NCBI GenBank assembly: GCA_965153455.1
Contig: OZ234493.1
Span: 310,001 to 374,000 of the forward strand
DNA length: 64,000 nt
From: Sphagnum compactum
Lineage: Eukaryota
Direction: 5' to 3'
Numbering within the stretch: position 1 is the stretch's first letter; each line of letters opens with the position of its first letter. This document shows, one piece after another, positions 14,901 through 26,962 of this stretch. The notes under the pieces were generated by a model, which worked only from the letters and a program-made list of their open reading frames with translations, ran no database searches and had not been told where the DNA came from. A program made the translations under genes and the position numbers.

Positions 14901-16560
14901 CTAAGCTTCTACCGAACTACTGGATCCATCTTGAACTTCCATTGCCAAATTGATAGCAACTCAAAATCCTTGCTGCAATGTTTTATGTAGTCTGTACCTC
15001 ATTCATCATAAACTGACTGGGGCCTAGCTCAGCAGACACTGTATGGGTCGGCTTGAGATTGTCAGGAACCAGGGGTTTGAAGGTTGGTAGGACATGTCGC
15101 TGGAATCTTTCAACAGCATCTGCAAGAGCAGTGAGTGTTCCAGAGGTTTTCATGCAAGTGTCATCTTGGCCTTGCAAGCGAGATGCCATGGAACTTTGGG
15201 CCACCTCTGCATTGTACTTGAGTTCCTCCAGTTTGACCAATGCTTGCTGGCTATCAGCCACCACTTTCTCTTTCTCAGCAACAGCTTGATGAAGCTGGCA
15301 TGATGTTGAGTGCAACAAGCTCTTCATTTGCTCCACCTCATCTTTCAACTGCTGGGTTGCTGCCTTTACAAGGGATGCAACCTCCACATCTCGAAATGCA
15401 CGCAGTCTTTGAAGCTCAAGTCGCTGTTGTACCAAAGATGCTATGGCTATAAGTGGGAGAAAATTTTCTACCTGGATGCCTCCAAAAATGTGAATAGAGA
15501 GAGAGAAAAAAAGAAGAGATCAAAGGAGCTTACTTGATTCTTCTCCCGGGCAATAATGTCACTGAGCTGAAACCGAAGAAGATCATTCTCATTGCCCAAT
15601 GTTCGTGCAATAACATCAGCCCCCTCCCCACTTTTGTTACTCCGCCTTGGAAACTGGAACACAAGGTGCAGCCAGCGGGGTGGGCTTTAGGAACTAGCTA
15701 CAAAATGCTTATGAATATATAAGCATAATGGACCAAGTAAGAAACTTCAAAAGCTGTTGCAGAACACTTGAGCTGAACCCAATATCCCCTCTTCAAGTTA
15801 TGTGCAAACACACTATTGATAGACAAAAACTCTCAATGTGCTTGCAGGTCTGAATCAAAACAAAAAAGAAAAAGCATTGTAAAATCGGTAAAACACGACC
15901 ACTTTTGAGAGGTACTCGTGTTTGTTCACACACTCGGTCCTAAATGGTTAGAGGCTATGGAAGCAGTTGCTTTTGCTTTACCTCATTTGTGTTTGGATCA
16001 ACAGCACTCCGAACTCCTGCGACAACCAGTCAGATGGTCAGCTCCCTGCAATCAGCAATTTCAAATAAAAGAAGAAAAGAAATGCAGTGATGATTCACTT
16101 GGGTTTGTGATGTCTCTGTGGAGCTACCCCCCCTCCTATGAACCATCCGAGTTTAGAGATACAAAAGTCAAGGAAAGCTTTCTGAATTGTGAGCTATGAG
16201 AGAGATTGACAAAACCCTGAATGCTACATACTGCACCAAAGAAGAAAACCTCAAAATCGTTTCGTGTCAGATAGCGGAGCCCTACCCTTACTTGGTACTT
16301 CCTCTGAGACTTTGTTTGCTAGCTCTCATTTTGTTTGTTTGCAGCAGGGAAGGAAGCGGCAAGAGAGAGAGAAAATACTGGACGGTGAAGTTCGTCGAGG
16401 TGGTGAAGACATGGGGGTTCTGTCCGTCTGCGAGCGTACCTCCGGCCATGAGAGTTTCAGAGATCGGGTGGTCGAGTGAGAACCCCCTTGTGGAACTCTT
16501 CCACCTCCTCTTTCTCCATTCTCTGGTTCCTCTGATGTAGCTATTGTTCCCGGTCTGGCA
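11941..16560 (-). CDS. Multi-exon uncharacterised coiled-coil protein; start and end uncertain
   Basis: GT-AG-bounded exons with heptad-rich E/K/Q/L peptides, about 16013-15982, 15653-15534, 15472-14999, 14702-14679, ~14564-14399, ~13890-13669, 13549-13499, 13251-~13120, 12891-12664, 12444-12371. Tentative stop at 11941-11943. Confidence 0.6.
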
Positions 16561-17016
16561 AGCCTCCTCCTAACGCCACCTTTCAGCAATTCTCGAGAGG
16601 AACCTCTTCGCCAACCGTAAACATTGCAATTCCTCCAGAGAGCAATGCTCACCACTGACAAGATTTAAGAGGATCCATAGCTGGTGGCTCCTCCAGACAC
16701 ACACTTCCCCCGGACGTTGGCCAACCTTCCGAGGTCGCCAAACTGTCAAGCTCTCTTCCAGATGCTACGATCTTCTTTGTTTTTGCCAAATCTTCCACAG
16801 CGAGACAAAGCTCCCAGTCGTCATTGCTCTTACAATAATATACCTGGTCAGATTGCCTCTTAATTCCCGCTGCAGTTTCTCAATTGCAATGCAGACTTCA
16901 TGAGCATATCATGTGCTCCGAATCTTCTTAAAATTCTCTCAGGATTCGCTCGTCTTTTGCCTCTACGTTCGCTCTTGTACATGACTTCTTCTGCCCCTCT
17001 GTCCACACAACGCAAC

Positions 17017-17290
17017 GCAGTCGCACTTCAAACAACAGAGAAATCGAGACTTCTGCGGCGATATCAGACTGCGTAAAGCTTGCGGGAATGACTGTTGGAA
17101 AGTCCGACGCAGTTGCGCTTCAAACAATAGGGAAATCAAGACTTGGGCGTTGCATCGCACTGTGTAAAGCTTGCGGGAAGGACTGATGGAAATCCATTCT
17201 GACGCAGTCAGTCGCGGTTCAAACAACAGGGAAATCGACACTTTTACGCTGCATCGCACTGCGCAAAGCTTGGTGGAACGCCTGCTTGAG
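17017..17290. repeat. Three diverged ~95 bp tandem units upstream of the coiled-coil gene
   Basis: Core CAGT(C/T)GC..TTCAAACAA(C/T)AG(A/G)GAAATC...AAAGCTTG recurs at about 17018, 17110 and 17209. Confidence 0.75.
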
Positions 17291-17553
17291 ATTCCGACCT
17301 CGAAAACCAAACTCTCTTGTGCACAATTCTGTTCCAAACCCTCTCGAAATCGCATCAAGGTTCGCCAAGGAGCGATTGAAGGCAAAAGCCTCCTCCACTT
17401 TAGCTCGATCTTTTGTTTCTTTCGATCTTTTGGTTTCCGATCCGTCGTGCCCCCTCCTCCTCGTTAGAATCACAGACCTCAAGAAGGCGCGAAAGAAAAT
17501 CTCCAAATCTTCTCGAAAACGGATCACAAGAAACTACATATTACAATGTAGCT

Positions 17554-17556
<3 letters not shown>

Positions 17557-17598
<42 letters not shown>
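17557..17598. repeat. (CT)n microsatellite
   Basis: About 21 perfect CT units. Confidence 0.97.
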
Positions 17599-17603
<5 letters not shown>

Positions 17604-20600
17604 CAAGTCCAGGTTGCTTGCTACTCTGGAGTCCCGACTGGAAAACAGAAACATCCAACAGCACAAAGACTGTAAAGAAAAGAAATTCTTCTTCTTCAAC
17701 AAGAGGAAAAAGCACGCAGAAACTCACTAATCAACAACAAATTTCTGTTGCGAGTCGTGGTGCTGAAGCTCCTCCTGTGTGAGGGCCGTCGGGAGGGGGA
17801 AGAAAAATAACAGTAGACTTCCTCCTCCTCCTCCTCCTGTGCATAATTCTGGACCAAATCGCGCCAAACTTTCGCCAAAAGACCTCAAATTTTTTTTCCT
17901 GTCGAGTCACAAGTGGAATGAGAAAAAAGTCGCGTGATCGTAACGAAGAAGAGCGACGTTCTGCGACGACGGCAATCGAGGGATTCGAAGCTCGCGGGCG
18001 CCAAACACCGCAATGTTCGATCCCTTCAGGATTTCGTCGCGCAACCTTTTTGAAGCGAAACCGTTACGCCTTTTTAGGTCCCAATCGACGTGAGGAGTCC
18101 ACATCCCCATTCGACCGATGTCTCAGGATCTCAACTCGGCATCTCAAACATTGTCTTTCTCGGATGTCGTGTGAACTTGGCCATTGTGGGAAATGGTAGT
18201 AGGTAATATTACCTACTCTCCCCCGCCCCCCCACACTCTTTTATTTGGAAAGAAAAACAAAGCGCAAGCACCAAAGTCCACACAAGCAAAAGAGCCCCAA
18301 AGAGGTGAGCCACATATAGGTAATGGAACCACTAGCTATCGAAACCTCCACCAATCACCAGAAACATATCGACTAAAGAAAGGGGAGGTAGGCCCAATAA
18401 AGGAGGGCTTTTGGTGCCGTTTGTTGTTCATGCCATGTTAGCACATCGATGAAAAACGTTGTTAGGCCTACTAGTGAAGACACCCAAAAACTTCTATGGC
18501 AAGAGGAAGAAACAAGTTTGTTGGGTAACAATTGTGATAAAGTCTTTCTTTCACTTAAGCAACCACTAGCCACTATTGCAACCACCCCTCGAAAAAGAAT
18601 TGCTCGTGATACCAAGTTTGCTTAAGTGAGTTCGGCAATGACAACATCAGCCAATGTGTGAATGCCATCCATTGATAAAAACAATGTCAACTTGTCAACA
18701 AAACGACTAAAGAAAAGGCAGTGGAAGAACATGGGTTTGCTCCCACAAAACATGACACCATGCATCTCTCGCAATGCATGCAAACACATCTCAAATATCA
18801 TCATGGGATGCAATCATCTCCCCACCATGGGCACAGCAGAAGACGTGGATCCCCATGGGGTCTTATGGCTAGCCACATACATTGTGGGTCAAACCAAAAG
18901 TCAAAGGATGGGGAGGGCCTAACCAAGTCCACAACGTAAAGGAGAAAACATCTAAGGGCAAACAAAAACATGGGATGACAAGGCAAGCAAATACCCAAGC
19001 TCCCACACTAGGCCTTGCACAAGACATCAAGCGTGTTCGATGCAAATCAAAAAACATGTCAAAGATGAAATTGGAAAAAGAATGGTTGTGTAATCTCTCT
19101 AAAATGGTATCCTGAAGTCGATTTTCTCTTTTCATTGTAAGTTGCTCGAAGGGGGGTAGGCATGTTATTACAACCGGGGGAAAGAGTTCTTGAAACAACC
19201 TCGAATGCGCCTAGAAGGGGAGTGAACCCGAATTAGTCACCTCAATCGCCTTAAAAAAAAAAGGGCATGAATCCAACAAAAATTTAGAAGCAATGATTAG
19301 TGCTACTAGCGCCCAACTCCCCAAGTAAGTTGTCGGCGCAATGGTCTCAATAGAAATGAGGCCAATACCACCACTAGAGATGGGGAGCAAAACCTACCGA
19401 CACACCAAAAGGGCTTCTAGACACTCGAAAAAACCTAGGCCTAAAAGCCTCTCAAAAACCTATATGAGGGTTGAATCAAAGGATGCAAGTTGGCATCGAA
19501 AGCTCAAGAAGGGTGGAAAAACACACAGCAAGTAAGAAGGTTTCTACGTGAAACACCAAAAGAAGATCACAAAAGCAACATGAATGTCCCACAACTCTGA
19601 ATGCATACCAACATGGAAGGACGTTCTCATGCAAAACGTCTTACAAAAAGGAAAAGGAGAACGACACAAAGCCAAACAGATTCCCTAAAACTTTTATGTC
19701 ATCTAGAGGGTAGTAAAAACCAAGAAGGGGGGAAAAATCGAAGGGCAAGCCAGAAGGGGACCAAGCATCACACTTCCAAGGCTAGACGAATAGACCCACA
19801 TTAGGTAGCTAAGAACCAAAATGGTCAAAAGCAAGGGGAACGGAGGAAGCAAGGCCAAGGATGTGAATGTTGTTTACCAATGAAGGGAAAATAAATAAAG
19901 TAAAAAAAACATAAAAGGCTCACAAGGCACAAAAATGAACCTGAACAAATAAAAGCCCGACGAACGAATCACCCTGATGCATGCCCACAAACAAGATTTT
20001 TTTTCCCCCAAGGGAATGATGGCTAAAAACAAGGGCAACTGTTGGCCATAAAAGGAGCGAACAAAAGGGAAAATCAAAGACAACTAGCCTCCTCCCGCAC
20101 GAAGCTTCTAAAAAATGGTCTAACACAAAATGGAATTAAAAGCGTTTACCACATCCATTTGCAGCAGCACTCAATCAAGGTGGACATTCAATGTAACTCA
20201 AATGTCATGCACCATCGCCTCACACCCACCCCTAACAATCACACCAAACTAATGAGGCAACAAATGAGAAAAAACACATCCTGAAGCTAAAAACATAAAG
20301 TTTTGTTGAAAAGCCGGTAGAGATCACCCACTACACTTGGTTTAATGCCACCCGAGGGCTTGGCTAAGGCCAAAAACCTAGCAACACCAAGGACATGAGC
20401 AATGGACCTTGGGAAGCAACCCATGGCAACATGGGAACTTAATTGGTGAAGTTTAAAGAACTTGCTGGTAAAGTCCTTGGGGTCAAAAACATCTTGAAAA
20501 TGGTCAAAAACCATGTTAAAAAACCCCCTTGCAAAAACATGGAACATGCGCAAAAAAGTTAACCTAAAAGAATCCAAGGATAACTTTAGGTCCCCATCCG

Positions 20601-20817
20601 ACTAAAAGTCCATCAAAAAATCAGGGCAAACGAAAGGTGAAACCAAAGGATGGGGAACCTACGAAATTAATATGGTTTTTGAGGAAGTTCGGGCCATGGG
20701 GGCACCATTACAAAGTTATAAACTTCATGGGTTTATTTCAAATCCATGAGAAATATATTATTTCATGGGTTCATATCATTTAAACATGAATGTCATGCAT
20801 TATTTAAACATAAAAGA

Positions 20818-21637
20818 TGTCGGAACCCCACTTTGAGGCAAGTGTGAGGATGAAACTCACACTCCCAAAAGTGAGAACTTGGAGTTCTCCGGGACTCCTA
20901 AAAATTCAGAGCTTGATTGCAAAGGTCAAAACACCTTGCATTGAGGTGTTCTTTATACCGTTGGAAAGGTCTTGAAGTGTAAATGTCGAAAATGGCCTTG
21001 CATGAGCCATTCAGATATCTGCAGCACAAGTTATGGTCAAAAGAAAGGCCGGGAGTCAAATTGGCAGTTTGACTCCCAACCACTAAAAGTCCAGGATCGA
21101 CTCGATCCCAATGTGTGAAAGTGGAGTGCAACACACCGTTGAAAAGCTCTTGAGGAGAGCTACAAGTTTTCTTCAAACCTCATCCCATCGGAGGTCTGAT
21201 CTGGGAGTTATGAGCTTCCAAAGTCACGGGAGTCCAAACCAGGACAGTTTCGGGACTCCTCCTTAGGACTCCCGAGACAAAAAGCCATTCGGATGTAGGT
21301 GCCGTGGGCAAACGCAGAGAATACTATGTGGGGGAAGGTGGTGGCTTCCCCTGAGTCCTGGTCATGGTGAGTCAAGTGAGTCCGTGTTGCCCGTGGTTTG
21401 TCCCAACACCAAGAGTGATTCCGAATGTGATCTAACCAACTCGTTGGTTGGCTTCGATGCAGGACCGAGTAACTAAATACATTGTCCCTCTTCATAGTCT
21501 AATCCTGGAGCTTTCAGCACGCCCCTCTCACCCCTTTTAGTGTTGGAAGCTAGGAGCGGCACCAAGTTTCAACTACTTTCGCTCTTTAACATAGTTGGAC
21601 CCTTTTTTAATCTAACAAGGAACTTGGGGGCGTGTCA
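20818..21637 (+). mobile_element. Solo LTR (820 bp) of the gypsy family at 22.5-27 kb
   Basis: Starts TGTCGG, ends GTGTCA, flanked by 5-bp TSD AAAGA (20813-20817 and 21638-21642). Colinear with the reverse complement of the LTR at 26147-26962. Confidence 0.92.
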
Positions 21638-21764
21638 AAAGATGTGTGCACGACTTTCGTGTGTAAACAATATGAATAGACATACAACATTCATGTTTAA
21701 ACAATACGAATACGCATATAACATTCATGTATAAACAATGCACGTGACATCGTTTGTAAATAGT

Positions 21765-22290
21765 TACGTGTGTGTAGGAAGCATGTCACATATCGTTGGA
21801 AAACTTTCGATGAAAGCTACAACTTTGTTTTAGATCTCACCTCAATCGAAGGTTTGCACAAGAAATTATGGGCGTCCAAAATGATGGGAATCCCAATTTC
21901 AGGAATTAAAAGTCTCCCAATTTCAAAGTCCTACAAAAAACGTCATTTGGATGTAGCCCTTGTGATGTGTCACAGAGAATACTATAAAGGGGAAGGTAGT
22001 GACTTCCCCCAAGTTGGAGTTGTGGTGAATCTTATGAATTCATGTATGCCCATGGTTTGTCCATGCGCCAAAAGTGTTTCAATTATGCATTAATTAACTT
22101 TGGTTTGTGCAGATCGATATGAATAATTGATTCACTTGTCATTCCTCCTAGTTTTCATTTCGAAACTCCAACATGCCCCTCTTACCACAAAAGTGTTACA
22201 AGATAGGGAGTGTGCCCCAACTCTTTTTTCTTCCATTATTTTCATTTTGGACTCACATTAGAGTCTTTCAAGGATTTTAGGGGTGTGTTA
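21765..22290 (+). mobile_element. Older, 5'-truncated LTR fragment related to the solo LTR
   Basis: Aligns by eye with the 3' part of 20818-21637 (e.g. CGTTGGAAAACTTTCGATGAAAGCTACAAC, AGAATACTATAAAGGGGAAGGTAGTGACTTCCCC). Ends GGGGTGTGTTA versus GGGGGCGTGTCA. Confidence 0.75.
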
Positions 22291-22550
22291 CGAATAGACA
22301 TACAACATCCTTATTTAAATAATACGAATAAACATATAACATTCATGTATAAACGATGCACATGACATCAATGTTCAAACAATTCAAATAGATGAATGAC
22401 ATTTGTGTTTATTCCATATGAACCTATGAAAAATACATTTTGCACAACTATTATTGCCAAATCGTGACCCATGAAGTTTGTGATGAAGGGCCTTCGCCAC
22501 ACAAACATACTCTTTGGCACACCTTAGAATCAAATTTCACCCAAACCACT

Positions 22551-25500
22551 GATCCGAAACTATGTCCTTTGGGAGGCCATGATGCTTGAAGACATATGTG
22601 AAGAACAACCTACCAATCTCTTAGGCCGTGGCTTCATCCTTTGTGGGAATGAAATGTGCCATCTTGCTAAACCGATCCACCACTACCATGATGGCATCGA
22701 ACCCCTTTGATGGGGGCAAGCTTACCATGAAGTCCATGGACACACTTTCCCACGGCCCTTCAGGAATTGGCAAAGGTTGCAACAAACCCGCTTGCTTCTT
22801 GTTGAAGGTCTGGTTTTGTTGACAAGTTAAATAAATCTTCACATACTCCTCCGCACAATCCTTCAAGTTGGGCCAATAGTAGGACTTCTTTAGAAATGTT
22901 GTGGTGCATTTTGCACCACCATGGCCCGCAAGCGGCCCATCATGACATTCCTTCAAGAGTGTGTCCCTCATCTTCCCTTCTGGCACATAGAATCGGTTTT
23001 ATTTGTACCACAATAATCCATTTCGCAAATGGAAGTGGGACTTGGCTCCATTTTAAATGTTTTGCGTCACCTCTTTGGCAAATGCATCCCGACGGCTTAC
23101 TAGTCAAACTTCCTTTTGAAATTCCGTTTCTTCCACATACACCACTTTAAGTTGGTGTTTTCGGCTCAATGCATCGGGCACTATGTTCTCCTTCCCGGGC
23201 TTGTGCCGAATGTCCACATTGAACAATGCCAATGTGTCTTGCCATCTAACTTGTTTTGATGACAACTTGGGTTGAGTGGCAAAATACTTCAAAGTCACAT
23301 TGTCGATCCAAACCACCACATCCTTGGAGCCTATGTAATGGCCCTAAGTTTTGAGACAATGTATGACCGCCCACATTCCCTTCTCGTGTGTTGGCCACCT
23401 TCACTTCGTCTCACTCAACTTCTTGATTTCAAATGCCACCGGTTTTCCTTCTTGCACTAGGACTCCTCCAATTGCAAAGTCGAAGGCATCAGAATGAATC
23501 TCAAACTCTTTGTCAAAGTCGGGCAACTTCAACACCGGTGCCTTCACCAAAATGCCCTTCAATGTTTCAAAGGCCTCATCACATGCTTCTTCCCATTCAT
23601 AAGTGACAGCGGACTTCTTCAAAAGGTTTGTCAAAGGCGCGGCTATCCTCGTAAAGTTCTTGATGAACTTGCGATAGTAGGATGCCAATCCTAAAAAGGA
23701 TCTCAAGGTGGGAACCGACTTAGGCGGTTCCCAATCCAAGATTGCCTTAACCTTGTGATCATCCATCTTCAAGCCTTCTTGAGTTATCCTATGTCAAGGA
23801 AGTCCATTTCCGCCACCCCAAATCGCACTTCTCAAGCTTGGCATACAACTTGTTTTCCATTAGCCTTTGGAACACTTTGCGAAGGTGCTCCTCATGCTCC
23901 TCCAAGGAGTCGCTATAGATCAAAATGTCGTCTATGTAGACGACAACAAAATCGTCAAGCCATTCTCGAAAAATGTCATTCATGAGAGTGCAAACTGTGG
24001 CGGGTGCATTGGTGAGCCCAAAGGGCATCACCAAGAACTCATATGAACCATACCTTGTGCGGCAAACAATTTTTTCTTCGTCCCCTTCCGCAATCCGAAT
24101 TTGGTAATACCTCGAACGTAGGTCAATCCTACTAAACACCTTGGCTCTTGAGAGACGATCAAATAGATCATCGATTCGAGGCAAAGGATACCGGTTCTTC
24201 ACCGTTGCCTTATTGAGGGCTCTATAATCCACACACATCCTCAAAGTCCCATCCTTTTTGTGAACAAAAAGGACGGGTGCCCCATATGGTGATTTGCTTG
24301 GTTTGATATAACCTTTTGCAAGGAGTTCTTCAAGTTGAACCTTAAGCTCTTTCAACTCCTCATGGCTCATTCGATATGGGGCCTTGGCAGGAGGTGCCAC
24401 TCCCGGCATCACCTTGATCGCATGATCAACTCGTCTTCTCAGGGGCAGGTCTTCGGGCAACTCTTCGGGCATCACATCTGGGAGCTTTTCCAAAAAAAAT
24501 TTTATGCACTTGGCGGAAGTCACCAATTTGGTGGCTTCCTTAGGCTCATACTCATCTAACACCCGCATCACACACATCATGCCATAGCCTCCCATGCAAT
24601 CTCTTTCCCAGGAATTCCCTAACATAAAGTGGATGGTTGGTCTACCCGCACAAGGCAACTCATGTGCCTTCACCCGCACAATCCTGCTTTTAGATGGGAT
24701 TCTAACTAGCCTATTGTGCCCTTCTATGAGCACATTCCCAAAATGCAGTCCATTCCACCCAAGGTGGAAACTAACAAGTCCACCTTTCCTCTCCAATTTC
24801 TTAATTGGAGAGGCACTTCTTTTGCTTGTAACGTTGTGGGATGGGGAATCCCATCTGCGAAGTACACCTCGATGGGTGCCTTGAGCTCCTCCAAGTGGAG
24901 CTCCATCCTTTCGGCGCTTTCCCGGGTTATGAAGTTGTGAGAAGCCCCTGTGTACAAGAGACATAACACATCCCACTTAGCAATCTTCCCCTTCAAGAAG
25001 ATAAGTCGATTGCATTCAGGTTGGGCTAGGTTGGCATTGAGGGCAATTACCTTAGAGCCCCCATTCCCCATTTTGGACTTGGGACAATCTTTGGAGTAGT
25101 GTCCCACTTCATTGCAATTGAAACACGCTCCTTTGGGTTTCACCCCAAAATCTCCCTTGGGTTGGTTCGCTTTGAAAGGAGCCCCTTCTTCACAAAGTTC
25201 CCCTTGGGTTTGAACCCCGTGCCTTGAAATTGTTTGGGCTTGTCTTTTGTTGGGCTTCCTTGCCCTCGGTCCCACTCTCCCTCATGCTTTGGCTTTTTGT
25301 GAAGGAACTTGTTGTCCTTCTTGAACCCGGATTTTTCACCCCGCCCCACATCCAAGAAGCCTTCCACTTTCATGATGGCTTCAGATAGTGAGGAGGGCCA
25401 ATTTTCCTCAAGCTTGCACTTGGCCCAAGTTGGGAGCCCCATCACAAATTGGCACACATGATCCAGCTCATGCATGTGCTGGATCTCAAACATGAGTTCC

Positions 25501-26962
25501 GAATAAGCCCTCACATATTGCCGCAAGTTATCATTTGTGGCATTCACAAGGTCACGGAGTTTGCACCTTGATATGTAGTCGGAATTCCTTGGAACAAATT
25601 CCGACTCAATGCGTTCCTTGAAGAACTCCCAAGTGTAACCATGGTTCTTCCCCTCTTCTTGTCTCACCGTCCGCCACCATGTGACGGCATAGCCTTTCAA
25701 GTAGGATTGGGCAAGCTCCATGGCGGAATGTCGTCCAACCTTGGCGGCATGTATGTAGTCATCCATCTCCGCAAGCCAAACATCCACAATTTTTTGGTCG
25801 CGGGCACCATCGAAGTTCCCGGGCTTGGCCGGTTGAAACCTTTCACTTTTGGAGGTCCCCATTTTGAGGGCCGCCACAACTTCACTGAAGTCGGGCCTAT
25901 TCATCTTGAGGACTTCCAATTGTTCCAGGGTGAATAGGACCGAGCTCCGTTGTTCCTCCTCACTTTCGGGCTCATCTTGGTCCTCTTGGGTTCTTGGTTC
26001 CTCCTCCCCAATTGATTCCGGCGGGATTACAAGGTCTTCGATGGGCTCTTCAACCATAGCTTCTTGAGCTTGCTTACGGTTCTTCTTGGGTGCCATCCGA
26101 ATCTCCCAAGAAGTGAAACGAGCTCACCTTAAGCTCTGATACCAAGTGACGCGCTCCCAAGTCCCTAGTTAGTCCCAAGTTGGGCTAACTTATTCAAGTT
26201 GCGGAAAAGGGAGGGACTCGGGGCACGCTCCCAGCCTTCAACATTAAGAGGGGTAGCGGGTCGTGCTGAAACCTCGGGATGGACTAGGAAGAGTGACAAG
26301 CTTTTCACTTACTCAAATCTGCATCAAAACCAACCACAAGTTGGTTAGATCACTTTTTGGATCATTTTGGTGCTAGGACAAGCCACAGGCAACCTTAGAC
26401 TCACTTGACTCACCACGGCCCGGACTCGGGGGAAGCCAACACCTTCCCCCATATAGTATTCTCTACATCTCTCCGTCGAGGCTACATCCGAATGACACTT
26501 TTTCTCGGGACTCCCAAGGAGGAGTCCCGAAACTATCTCGATTTGGATTCTTGGGACTTTGGGAGCTCATATCTCCCGGCTCAGACCTTCGATTGGAGTG
26601 AGGTCTAAACCAAAGTTGTAGCTCTCCTCGAGAGCTTTCCAATGGTGTGTCGCACTCCACCTGCACACACCGGGATCAAGTCGATTCTCGACTTTTAACG
26701 GTCAGAGTCAAAGTGCCAGTTTGACTCCCAGCCCTTCTTTTGCCCATAACTTGGGCTGCAAATGTCCAAATGGCCCATGCAAGGCCATTTTCGACATCTA
26801 CTCTTCAAGACCTTTCCATTGATGTAAAGAACGCCTCAATGCAAGGTGTTTTGACCCCTGCAATCGAGCTCTGAGGTTTTGGGAGTCTCGGAGGACTCCA
26901 AGTCCCCAACTTTGGGAGTGTGAATTGCATCCTCACACTTTGCTTAAAGTGGGGTTGCGACA
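22551..26962 (-). mobile_element. Ty3/gypsy LTR retrotransposon (chromovirus-like RT), 3'-truncated inside integrase, no 3' LTR
   Basis: 5' LTR 26962-26147 (TG...CA); PBS; gag from ATG 26096; zinc knuckle CFNCNEVGHYSKDC; protease [23 protein letters not shown]...YIDDILIYS; RNase H; integrase ECHD..GH..C..C and SMDF, ending at HGLPKDIVSD. Several frameshifts and stops. Confidence 0.95.
26131..26144 (-). other. Primer-binding site complementary to the initiator tRNA-Met 3' end
   Basis: TGGTATCAGAGCTT located 2 nt downstream of the 5' LTR's terminal CA. Confidence 0.9.

Larger units (their letters stand above)
20706..22485. mobile_element. AT-rich non-autonomous insert with imperfect terminal inverted repeats inside the CRE-like element
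   Basis: Left end CATTACAAAGTTATAAACTTCATGGG; right end CCCATGAAGTTTGTGATG (reverse complement CATCACAAACTTCATGGG). Removing it brings together CRE-like peptide segments ILRCAKEYVCVAKAL and APMARTSSKT. No clear TSD. Confidence 0.55.

Noticed and set aside
20818..26962. Single DIRS-like element with inverted LTRs
   Set aside because: The left LTR has its own AAAGA TSD, and the internal region encodes a DDE integrase and a tRNA PBS, so these are two independent gypsy insertions.
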